Positions 48,301 through 61,000 of a stretch of DNA of 64,000 nucleotides are shown here, piece after piece. Position 1 is the first letter of the stretch. Every line of letters begins with the position of its first letter. Where the stretch lies: contig NC_134027.1 in NCBI RefSeq assembly GCF_964204645.1, positions 6,046,485 to 6,110,484 on the forward strand. Direction: 5' to 3'. The stretch comes from Tubulanus polymorphus (taxonomy: Eukaryota > Animalia > Nemertea). Both the position numbers and the translations under genes were made by a program. The notes beneath the pieces were generated by a model that saw nothing but the letters and a program-made list of their open reading frames with translations, did no database searches and was not told the origin of the DNA.

Positions 48301-51190
48301 CACTAGGCAGCGCTGAACAGTTTCTTTTAACCTTGTCTTCTATTAGTGAACTCTCAGCCAGACTTCATTTATGGGCATTTAAACTAGATTATGAGGTTTT
48401 AGAGCAGGTATGCGCTTAAATTCATCGTTAGCCTTTAACGAATAATCTACCCCTTATATGAAACATTTATTTCTCACTCGTGTATCGTCATTGAATTTAA
48501 GGAAATAGCTGATCCGCTCATGGATCTGAAGAAAGGCATGGCTCATTTAGAAGAGAATGAAACGTTTAAGTACATTCTGTCAACAATCTTATCATTAGGA
48601 AATTTTCTCAATGGAGCGAAGGTACTTGCAAATGACTGAGAATCCATGCGATACTTGTACAGATTTGATAGACGTATACTAACCTAGAGAACTCGTTATT
48701 TTTTCTTTTAGGCTCGTGCATTTAGTTTTGAATATCTAACAAAAGTACCAGAAGTGAAGGACACCGTACATAAACACTCATTATTACATCATCTTTGTAC
48801 AATTGTCATTGAACAGTTCCCAAAATCAACGGATCTATATTCAGATATCGGTGCTATCACAAGATGCTCAAAGGTATGTACGAAAAATGTGATTAGCTTA
48901 TCATCTGTCATGTAGTCGTTACATCTATGTATGGAATTGATTGATTTTAAGGTCGATTGGGAAGAGCTCAAAGAGAAACTTGACAAGCTAGAAGATGATT
49001 GCAAGGGATCATGGGACTATATGCGAGCAATTGCTAAACATGAGAGTAGCTCAAATCTGAAGACGAAGTAAGTTATTTTCAGTGGTTGGTGCCAGAAAGC
49101 TTGTGTCTTAAGATTTTTGAATTGACATTGGTTTCAATGTTGCAGGATGTCAGAGTTTTTGGCCGATAGCGCTGAACGTATTATGGTGTTGAAAATCATT
49201 CACAAAAGAGTGATGAACAGGTTTGTACAAAATCTGAAAATAGATCAACAACTGGGGCCAGTTTATTAGACCAGGAGCCATATTCTATAGAACCAACCCC
49301 TGGGTCTAACTAAGAGTAACTCAATGTGAACCATGGAACATCATACTGGCACAATAGACAGCTTTTTAGCACAAAGGACTGTTTCTCATCAGTGATTTTC
49401 TTGTTTTATGCAGATTTCGTAAATTCATATTGTTCCTCGGTTTGAATGCTACAGCTGCAAAGGACATCAAAGTGAACACATTCTGTAAAACAATCAGCGA
49501 ATTCGCTCTCGAGTATCGCACGACCAGGGAAAAAGTTCTACTACAGATACAGAAAAAACAGAATAATCGCGAACGTAAAAAGACGCGGGGAAAATTGATT
49601 GTTGATGTGAGTTTTACCTTTGAGACTTACGTGCTTTATATGAACTATGCCGTATAATGGCCATGTTTTTACATGGACACATACCCATGATTTGTGAAGC
49701 CTTTTCAATTTTCTCTGGAACCTATCTTGCTATCTCTATGATCAATCAATTTTTAGACGGAGAAGTTCGCCCGATCAAAGGAAGATGATGCCCTGAAACA
49801 GTTATTGTCTAAAGCTAATGATTCGGACAAAGAATCATCCACCTCTATTCAAAGTCTGACTGGGTCACAACAACGACGCAGAATTTCATTAGGTAAAAAT
49901 CATTAGCAACAGTAGAAATATACAATAATACTGAATTACTGAATTATTGGCCTCTGATACTGAATCTGTCTCAAAAACATTTTACTTTAATGCTCACAAT
50001 GTTCATATCTTCGACTCTATGGGTTATCAAGAGAGATATGAATACCGTGATCATTTCCATTCAGTTTTAATAAGTGAATAAGATGAGTTTTATCTCAATG
50101 TGAATAATATATCCAAGTTGAGGTTTTTTAATAACTGCGGATATTTCTGTTATTGGTTCGTAAGTGACTGTTGCTGTTATGAACTCCTTGTTAACAGCTT
50201 GTCTGAGAAAAACTATGTCATTTAAAGCTTTGCATCATACAGTCTTGTTTCAATTACATATAAGTATCTGTTGATTTACAATGTATGTATTTCTGCTCTT
50301 CACATTCATCAGCATAGTATGTTATTTACATGTTCTTGTAATGTACAGAGCATCGTGCACTGTCTGTATATGCATTCAATCGCTTCAGCTTTGCCTCTGT
50401 TTCTTATTATTCTAATGGCAAAATCTAAGTAAACTCTTTATGTTATTCTGTATGATATTAATTGAATTCCTATTGGATGCAAGACATCTAAACTGAAAAA
50501 GCCCTACCAAATTAATTATGAGTCACTAGCATCAGGGGCAGATTCACTCATTTTCTGATCAAGTGCCCTTTTGAAAATCACAGGTGAAAAATTTCACCCG
50601 ACATTGATCTCTGACTAAAGTCCACAGTACTTCTTAGAGCTGTAATATGCACTAAAATGGCATAAAATTTCCAGCCTGGATTCACCCCTGAGCATTTGAT
50701 GGAAGCATGTAGAACTATCTGTTATATTAATGATTATGAATACTTGTACCCGTTTGGATGGTTATTGCGCCGATGCTCGATGTGCTTTTCGTTGTAACTA
50801 ATCTACGTTCTTGTGTTTCACCTATGTGCAACACAGGTAAAATGTTAACTGTTACAGATCGTAGCAGCCGGCCGGGAAATGGTTATGGCAGCAGTAGCCA
50901 GGTGACTGACTCCGAGGTCTACGATACGGGCGATGATGAAATTCTTGAAGCGTGTGTGAAGACAGCGACGGCTCCGACTCATCGCACACCGCGAGAAAGA
51001 AAACGCGCTCGAAATACACACCGCAAATCTCGTGAGTAATTTGATTCATGTCCTTGCTGAATGGGTATCCTTGAATGAACATATGTTTTCATTGTTAATT
51101 ATAATTTTGTTTTTAGTACGACGAACATTGAAAGGCGGACTAACGGAAGAAGAGAATAGTGCAATTCTTGAATACACGAATACATTATGA
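39383..51190 (+). CDS. FHOD3: FH1/FH2 domain-containing formin FHOD1/3 (Fhos), canonical isoform
   Basis: Exons approx. 39383-39547, 39760-39881, 40732-40790, 40904-40971, 41063-41168, 41717-41810, 41902-42013, 43235-43329, 43500-43643, 43721-43779, 43892-44026, 44112-44242, 44496-45152, 45366-46396, 47978-48133, 48225-48407, 48502-48621, 48712-48873, 48952-49067, 49146-49220, 49414-49606, 49757-49892, 50858-51031, 51117-51190. GBD ([20 protein letters not shown]), FH3 ([19 protein letters not shown]), poly-Pro FH1, FH2 ([32 protein letters not shown]) and DAD ([28 protein letters not shown]). Confidence 0.96.
47176..47181 (+). CDS. FHOD3: Putative 6-nt microexon (Glu-Leu) in the FHOD FH2 domain
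   Basis: ttttcag|GAGTTG|gtaaga, phase 0. Upstream are a branch-like ACTAAT, a long pyrimidine tract, and TGCATG/TGC motifs. Confidence 0.55.
50533..50690. mobile_element. Short MITE-like insertion in a FHOD intron
   Basis: Imperfect TIRs caggggcagattca / tggattcacccctg, flanked by the direct repeat AGCAT (50528-50532, 50691-50695). Confidence 0.6.
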
Positions 51191-53828
51191 AACCAGTTTT
51201 TACCATAACTCAATCATTCTATATCATTATTTTTACCTCATTTTATCTGTAAAAAGTTCAGTATGTTTTTAGTTTAGAATTCATTATTGTTGAGTTTTTA
51301 TTAGAGTATTTTATTCCAAGTATGAGTACATGCATATTTTGATTCAGTACGCGTTCCCTCTATTCTAAATCTTTTTTGCTGTATTATTAAAACCTTATCG
51401 GAAGTGTATAGATGTGATTGAGCCATTTTTAACCTCTGTATGATTTTTAGACCCGCTCCTAATGAAGATATAACATCTAGGCTGCCATCTTGAGCTTCAT
51501 TCTAGAGCTGGCATTTTCGAACCAAATGCTCCAAACCAAACAATCAAAGTGAACTCTTATATGTATTAAAAAGTTCATTTATTGTAATGGTAACTAGGGT
51601 AGCTGTCACTGTGCATGTGAAAGTTATGCGTAGGCTCTAGAGTTTGCATTTTCGGTCCAGATATTGTTTCCATCCGTCTCGCCTTAAAACTAAGAGTCAA
51701 GAATGTTATTTCATGAATGTTATGTGGTCTAACATTCGTTGGTTATTTTTGCAGAATTCTCTCGTTTATAAAACAAATATGAGAACGTCAGATAATGATA
51801 GTTTTGGCATTGATTGTTAAGTGGATTAATCAAGGAAAAATGAAAGATGGGGACAGTCATTTGAAACCTTCACTGAATTTCTTCTGCAAATATCACAAAA
51901 TTGTCATTTAACAGGGGCCATAAGAATATCAACTTTACTATGCATACTCGGCCTTGTTCATAAGCCTTCACCATTGCTACAGAAGACATTATTAATGATA
52001 AGAAAATATGCAATAAAACTTACATAAAAACCCTAAGTTTTTATTCTTTGTGTAAAGGTTTTACCAGTATGTGTGAATTAAGTTGAATTCGACAAGAAAG
52101 ATTTTGTGCATTGTCTGAACATATGTACATTTAAAATTTGTTGTTAAATTTCATTATTCATGGATTCAATTGCCCTATTTTAGAAACCTGACTCCCACAT
52201 TGTATTTTATTCTACCGAATTGTTGTAAACAGATATGGTGACTAGAAATATTAGTGTACATGATTCGAAAAAAAACCGATTGTAATCTTAATCTGTTTAT
52301 TGTTAGAAAAGATTTAAAAATCAACTCAAACGTTTGAAATTTGTTCAGAATTATGAAATAGAAATTTGATTTCTGAATCTGCTCCAGATCATCGAAACGC
52401 AACTTTGTCCCTGAGTACATTTTAAATGTAAATTGATGCGACTATAAATGTGTATAACATGAATATATTGATAATATATGCTGTTGATTTGATATTGATA
52501 TATTTGATTATGTAAATTATGTTCTGTATTATTTAAAAAAGATTATTTATATGTGCTTAGCTAGTCCTCTGCCAGTTCCCTTAAATTATCATTTCTCATG
52601 TGATTTTTTTTATCATATCGGTATCATATAAGTCATTGTTTTTTTTTTAGATTTCATCAAAGATCTCGTCATCGGCCAGTTTTCGCAGAAGCAATCTCTT
52701 AGCAATGAATGATTTTTTCACATCAGAATTTACCCTTAGGATTAAACTTTCATAAATAGTGATAGAAAATCGTTGTGTCTTATCAACCAGTAGTTGACTG
52801 TCATAAAAGAATCTCCACATTTACCAGTGATCGATATTTTTGTACATATTATCCCTGTGCGCGTTGAAATAGAAGGGTTAATGATCTTGAGACATGATTA
52901 TGATACATATAAATAACAGAAGATTCTTATCATTGTATCCACATTGCACGGACCTAATGTCTGTGGGCGAGGTTTTTACGAACCCGTTCTGTTCTTATGG
53001 CTATGGAATTTCGAAGCTTTGTATCTTGAAGATTTACTAGCTAGAAGTTGGACCTGGTTGCAAGTCCATCGCTAGAAAAACGGCTTTCCTATCAAGAACA
53101 ATTTTGTTACGACGTAGCATTCGTACGCAAGTCTTTCAGGATGATCTTATATAATGAACCAACAAACTGCTGTACAAAGCCGGTTCCGTCCAAAGCTTTC
53201 AAACAGTTTTATAAACAGATGTTACTTTTCGAAGGTTGTTAACGAGGCAATAATTTGATTAAAACAATAATTTTCAATCAACCATATCTGATGAGATATC
53301 CATATCTTGAATGTGCATCTGCTAGGCTTTGAGAACCATATATTGCTCACTGCAGTTCTTCCCGCGATGTTACAGTATCATTCGATTCGAACCTCCATAT
53401 CACGAGGCGAACCGAATATTTTTACAAGATTTGAATTTAATAGCGCGATTTTCGGCAATAAGATTAATGAATTGTTTTATGAATAAGTGACGTTACTCTT
53501 ATCATATATAGAATTTGTCTTCCGGTCATGTTTTATGACGTGTAGTAATGAATAATTCAATGAAAAATTGAAAAACTTTTATCTGAGAAATAAATCAACT
53601 GAATCTTCTAGCAAATGTTGTTTTCTGTTCATTTTGTTATGTTGTCTTTTCTTCCTTCTGGAACATCCTTATTGGATAAACGGATCTCGGTTAGATATCT
53701 GTGAGTAATCGTTAAACAAATGATTACTGCAAGGTTAGGCGCCAACGTCACACGTCAATTGGTCGTCCAGCCGCCAAATAGCAGTCGGTTTCAACTTATT
53801 ATTTCAGTTAGCCGCACGTGGTCCACGG

Positions 53829-53854
53829 CCAATATGACGCACCGTGACGTCACG
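53829..53854 (+). promoter_or_regulatory. CRE/CCAAT promoter cluster of the Piccolo-like gene
   Basis: CCAAT at 53829-53833, half-CRE TGACG at 53835-53839, and full CRE TGACGTCA at 53845-53852 inside the 12-bp palindrome CGTGACGTCACG. More CGTCA half-sites near 53745-53758. Probable first-exon donor at 54063|gtaaga. Confidence 0.6.
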
Positions 53855-55024
53855 CGCCAGAGAATAACGACTGGTGTAACGCTGTTCAGTACAGGATTCG
53901 TTTAAATCATCTGTTGAACGCGAAGATCGCTCAACCATCGTGAAGAATTATTTGCTGGAGGCAGACCTTCGCGGAAGATGGTACTAAACATCGTCCCCAG
54001 TAGATGTCTGGTCCAAACTAGTCATTCTGAATTATTAATGCTACTATATGCGATATCCCTCGAGTAAGATTTGTGAACAGCGCGTGCAGACTGCCGACTA
54101 CGATAAATCTTATTAGATGTTTTCGGGTGTTGTCCGATACAGGAGATGGTCCGTTGCTTTCGCGAATAGACAGCATCGCACATTTTCCATTAGCCTAAAT
54201 TGAAAAACGCGATGCGGCCTGCATAAGTAGGGTTGCTAATTATATCATATCGTGTTTCGTAATTTTTCTTATTCAACTACGCAGGAAACGAACGGTTTGA
54301 AAACAATATTGTCGTTAAGAATAGACATCTTTCGGCGTTACCAAAACAATTAAAACGCAATAAATGTTTTTAAAAAACTTTTTAATAGACGTATATACTA
54401 AAGTTCAATTTGATGTATAGCCAAAAAAGTATCCAATTATTTGAAGACGAAGTTCTGCGCTATGTACCTCTAGTCCACACATTTTTTATTTGTTTATTTT
54501 ACGTACAGTATTTATTAACTTATAGTCACAATGAATGGACGTCGTTATCACGAATTATTTCTGATGTTGATAATTCGTTGTTGTAGTTTTACGCATTCAT
54601 ATGTACGTACACTCCATACCAAAATATTCTGTGTGCGACAGTATTTATTATTATTGGTAATTGCTGGTGAATCTATGTAACTGAGGCATTCCATTTCGTA
54701 TTGTCGCGCAGCATTTGCCAGGGTATCATTATCGATTCCAGCATCCGCATGAATCCATCTCTCCCCGCTGCTGATGTGATTCATGTCGCTGCAACAAGCC
54801 GCCATTCTGATGGTGCTTCACCGGAGTCGTTCGCCATTAGCATAATTCAACGCGTTTGTTTTAGGCCGGCGTTTATTTAACAAACCAGCGTCGTCAACCG
54901 AGCCAAATGTAACTTCGACGGAGCTTGACTGGAGGACTTGATTCATGCATTATCGCTATCGTAGATACAGTTTGGCGGGTGAGGGTTTGTAAATCTTTCA
55001 AAGGACTCCGTTGAGACCGTCATC

Positions 55025-58000
55025 ATGGGAAATGAGAATTCCTCGCAGCCGAATTCGTTGGATTTAACCCCGACATCGGAATACGTGGATTATATGTCAA
55101 ACCAGTCGATCCCATCTCGAAGATGGTCGAACGCATCTAGTATACAAAATTCTCCGGTAACGCCACCAGAACCGGACCTCAGTCATTTGACCGAAGAGGA
55201 ACGCATGCAAATCGCATCGGTCATAGCCAGGGCCAAGGCCTTAGAACAAGTAGAAGACGAAAGAATTGGGTAAGCTCTAGAAGCACACATGTATAATAAG
55301 AAAATTGGACAAGCAATTTCCTTCATTTAAGAATAAATTCAGTAAAAGAACAAAAATGATAAGTCTCTAAAATGAAAAGCTTCTAAGTATAAAAATAGAA
55401 GACCAGCATATCTCATTTGGAAAACGTTTTCTACAATTCGAAAACGTCACAACTGTAAGAACAAAATTTTTGCACCTTGAGAAGGCAGAAGAGAATTCGG
55501 CAATGATAGTGATTTTTATAAACGTTGATAAAAAGCGATGATTCTTCATGTCTTACGTTTTTGTTAACGCACTAGCAAAGAAATGTATCTTATAAGCATA
55601 AATTCAATACAATTCTAGGGAGCAAAATGTTGTCATTTTTTAAACATAATGTATAGGTATTTTGTACATGCAAGATGCAAGGTCTATTGAGAATTGTTAT
55701 CACACAATTAGACATCAGTCAGCACATACAAATGCGTTGATAAATGCTATAGATTTTGCCGCAATCCGCAGTTGCTGCGTTACCAGGGTAATACCAACAG
55801 ACGGCTCGAATATCTTGTTACAAAAGTCTGGATTCAGTTTCATCCTTCGTGGATTACTTTTGACTTAAAGAACACATTATGTCGCTTTCGGTAATAGGTT
55901 AATATTGATCAAGTTTACCCTAGGCATCAAACCGACACTTGATTTATACCAAATTGAAGCTTTTGGACACAAAAATCACGAAAAGTTCATTGTGTTCATG
56001 CGACCAAATCTGCATTTAGATGAATAACCTAATTCATATGACCATTACGGCTAGTTACATCAGATAAAGTCCGATTGGATATTCGATATATATGACCAAT
56101 AATGTCGAAGTTTCAACGGCCAAACGACCACGGTCGGTTTAAATCAAATTGAAACCACTCCACGGGTCCTTTCATTAATTATACATCACTCTCTCCCTCC
56201 ATCTCCTCTCAGGATTGAATTGATAGCAGCGCAGTTAACATTACCATCAATCTGGTGGTTACGACGCCTCGCTATTCAAACTGTCCTGCATTAAACTACC
56301 ATGAATTCTCGTTCGTCAAACGAATAGACGCTATCAGTGGGAAGAACGGTAGCACATATCGACTCCCAGTACTAAATATAACGACCTTACTTAACATTTT
56401 ACTAACCTGGATAGAAAAGAAGAAAAGGAATTCTATAGAACTGAGCGAAAATTAATCCACAAAAGAATTGGATAGAAAAAAATCCGCCAAGGTTCAAACA
56501 TATATACAATATATTTACAATAAGTTCAATTGGCTAATTACGAGGAACTGATGAATATAGTTTTTTTTAAAGTGTGCGTAAAAATTGTAGATTCGATCAT
56601 CCGTTTGGCTCATCTAAAGTCACAATACAATGATCACTTAATTTGACACCCTGTTTATTATCTAGAACATCGCCATAACAACGCTGTAGGTTACAGATGA
56701 TGATGAGAAAATTATCTATACGAAACAAATGACAGATATAAAGTGGTATTTCACATGGAAATGTATACATATTAGCCTACGATCGTTTTCACAAATTGTC
56801 TCTATGCTTATAATATACTTCAAATCGAAAGCGAAAATTTGCTTTAAAAATATGATGATTATTCATTATATTTCTAACATTTGTCTGCCCTTTTGTTATA
56901 CGGTAATCTGCGATTCTGACGTGTATATAAAGTACTAGTTTTGTTTTATTTTCAGTCAATTATGAAAGCTATGCACATGTATAGTATAGACGATGTGTTT
57001 TGTTGTAATTTATATATCAATCTATATTCGATCCTTAGCCCGCGGAGCACATATATCGCCGAGTTATCCCGGAACATGTAACAGGCGAAAATAGAAATAG
57101 GCAAACAAATAAGATGACTATAAGATACACATAGTTCCATATAAGAACCAATTGCTGCAGCTGACAATGATTCTTGAATTTACGCTACGATCATTTGCAC
57201 ACTATTTCTAAAAGACGTTATTTCTCTCAAATACTCACTTATGCTTTACAGTGGTTTGGAATCGGATATTTCACAAATAGAACAGCGATTCGAGAGAAAA
57301 ACGTCGATAGAACATCAGCAAGAAGAAAAGAATATCAACACGATACAGCTATGTCCGGTGTGCCACGTAAATGCTGTGAATTTGGATTCAGTGACTGATA
57401 TAACAGGTCAGATCCAATGTAGCGACTGTGAACGAATCGTCTGCGAACATTGTGCCGAACTGGAAGGTTCGATGACGTCATCGGTAAGTACTACATTTTT
57501 TCGAACTTTTCGACGATATGGATGGGGGTTGTCGAAATGTGTTCTTATATATAATTATTGTGTGTTTGTGTTTTTCGTCTCATGTTTGCTAATTTTGCGT
57601 CTTGCCCGGCCGCCGGCTCGAAAGTGAAAGTCGATTTGACAGGTTTAACCCGACATGATAAATCACTTTCTTTCATTCAGAACACGGCCATCGTGTTGAA
57701 TCACGTAACCACTCTCCCTTGACGAAGGAGTAATATCTCCTATATTTTCATTGAGAATCCCTCTATGATTGCAGATTATCATGCAGCCGTTATCGTAGTA
57801 GTATAGCGTAATGCTCTTGCTTTTTAATAACAATCAATCTTATATCCCTAACCTCGAAAATTGCTCGAAAATATACTTTATTTGAATTGAATCATATTTG
57901 ATATATACTTAGGTAACTGAATTATTTTTTCGACTATAATGTGTTATTAAGTGAGGTTTCTATTCTAGATTAATCATATATTCTTGGTGCGACGCCATAC

Positions 58001-61000
58001 ATCAAACAATACTGAAACTTCAGTACAGAAGACATTATTAGCTCCCGTTAAAATATTGAGATAAGTGCCGGGGATCTACGGAAAAGCGGAAAATGTTTCG
58101 TGTCAACAGCCTTTCTCTATACTGACTCGGCTTCCATTAATAAATAATGTTAATTTCGAATTCTGAGCCGTCACGTTTACGTAATAACCAGCCACACCTC
58201 CTATCCAAGGAAAAAACGATTCTAAGTAAAGTACTCATATACAAACCAGGGAAATATGAAGCATGAAAATATTAAATCATTTACAACATATATATAGTAG
58301 TTAGCTTACTTAATCACTATTAATGTACTTAGATTCTAAACTGGAATCCCGAGGAGGTGAAGTTTTGCCGATGTATTATTGTTTTTACGTACCTTACAAA
58401 ATGTATTATCTTTGTATTTTGTTGAGGAATAGACTAAAACGCTTCGGAAATTTGGGAACAATGAAATAAATCCTTCGATTTTCCCACCATATGGCTACAT
58501 CTGTAAGACAACTCAAAAATCTCCGCCCTCGATCGGTTTTCGCTTGAAATCATTCATGCTCATGAATCACACACGAACGTGCATAGGCTACATCAAGAAA
58601 CATCATTTTCATTTACATTCACTGCTATGGAAAAATTTGATATTCATACATATATGTTCATTATCATCATTATTATCATTATTATCATTATTATTACCAC
58701 ATAGAGTAGAAGCTATTGCTTTCTTTGTATTTATTTTTAGACATGTTTCCCGTTTATTTCCACAGCTTCAAGATTGGCTATGCATCATGTGCCACAAACG
58801 TAGGCACCTTGTACAGAGTTCGGGCCTTTGGTTTCACGGCTTTAGACAACGCCCAAATTTTAAGCAACTTGATACTCTCCCCGTGAAATATTGCAAGGTA
58901 AGCCGCGGCCCATACCTTCAGCCACGTTCTAAATTTTTTTTTTCATTTTCTTTCATATATCTTTATTCGTCTTCTAAACATGTTAATGCATGGATGATTT
59001 TTTTCCTTTTCACGGCATCTTTCTTTTCATACTTGAATTTTCAATTTTTGAAAAAATTATTATTCCATTCTTGTCGTATTTTAGTTATCTATCCATATCT
59101 ATGTGCATTATCTCTCAAACCATTCCTATATGCTTCATTTTTATTCGTTTCTCATGGAATTTTTCACCAAAAAAAATTATTTAGACGAAAAAAATAACTA
59201 GAATGAATACAGGTCGGTCGCGGCTTCTCTCGTAGTGTCATTTTATGTTAGTGAATTATGTGTGAATAAAAAGGAATTTTTATTTTCTGCTATACCCAAT
59301 CGGGATGATTTGATAACTGAATTGATATTGTTTTACAAAAAAAATAAATCACAATGTACCTGCTAAGATAAAGATCAAACCAACTGCAAACATTTGCCAG
59401 GGAATTTGATGAAGAATTCCCTCATATTCTGCAATGGTTGAAGAGCAGACACTAATTTTCATCGGTTTGAATTTTCTGACGTTATCCAGCAGCAGCCACT
59501 CTATGAAATGTAAGTTAAAGAATTCAACGCATCTTATTTCATTGGGTTTACATATTTCTGACGTTTTCCAGAAGTCAACGCATAATTTGTAGGAAAATTA
59601 GCCGCTTAAAGGGCATAAAACATTTGTTTGGAAAGACAAGTGAAGCACTTTCTTTGCTCCTGACTGCTTAAAATCAGCTGCAAGCTATACGCAATTTAAA
59701 ACGCGCGACGCTGTAACTAGTTCTTTTCTCGTAAATTGCGCATCGAGGCGAACATTGTTCTAATTCGTAGCTTCAAAGCAAAAGAACCATTTTATTCACT
59801 TGTCCCTTGAACCATGTCTTATGCAATAACATTGTACGCCAGAATTTCCCGGCTTTGCGCCGAACAATCAACAACGCTCGCCGACGGCTCTGTGCAGCGA
59901 ATATCGAGGACCTGCCTCCTACTTACACCAAACAAGGCAGCCTTTTATTTTCATAATATAGAATATTTTCAGAATACTGGATCTATTTTCACAAAACCTA
60001 CGTATTCGCTTTCAAAATGATATGCAAGCAACTTATAACATAATTTTTTTAATATGATATAATTTTATTTGTTCACTATAAAGCCCCGTATATTAATTCT
60101 CTTCTTGAAAATGCCCTTGAGGGCGTTTTATCCTTCTCGGAAGTTGTGTTGTGAGATCTTGTTTTGATTCATTATCAATATAAGCTGGAATTGCTCCCGC
60201 ATATAGCACAGAAAATCTGTTTATTTGAAACTTTAAAAGCGCAACGGCCAATCTATGGAGTGTATATTCTAACGTATGATGAAGTCAATCAATTATTCAA
60301 ACTTTTCGTGAATATCGGATATTTATAATTCATGTGGATTATTTGGATTTCTTATAGCAAGCTAGGCAAGAGGTTGCACGACGATAACCTTTAACACGTT
60401 GCTGTTTGTCACGATGGACTGGTCGTTTCTGGAAATGCAATTTCCTTTCACCTGAGTTATAGCACCTAGTCGTCAATTTGGTTTGGGTTCCACGAAATGG
60501 TAAATGAGAGACCCTTCCGGTGTACTATACACGAAATAAAATAGCCTCATATGAATCATTTTATCATTCGTGTAAACGATGATATCCGGCGGTTCGCACA
60601 CGCTTGGAGTAATTATCTGAATTCAGATGATTACTCCAGGTACACCGCTCTAAAGATCACACGACCACAAATCTGGTAAATGAATGATGAACAAATACAT
60701 TCGTTATGAAGTTCCTACAGAAACCTTAAAAATCAACAAGCCATAATTTCTTCTGTATACTACTTAATTCATCAAGTCACGTGTATCATTTTCCCTTAAC
60801 CTTTCTAGCAGTGATATATCGCGCTAATATTCTTCATGTTTTGAATTAACAATGTTTTCCTTTATTCCATCGCATTTTTCACTTGAGATAAGGAGCAGAT
60901 TTGCATCTCAAGTGGTACTCTATCAGTAGCTTCTGCGATGTAATGCGATTGATTTTTCTTAGAAATCTTTTAAGATTTGTTCAATATGTATGTATATACA

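Noticed and set aside
54548-54805. 85-aa minus-strand ORF upstream of the Piccolo-like ATG
   Set aside because: No homology recognised; lies in GC-richer intronic or leader sequence of the plus-strand gene.
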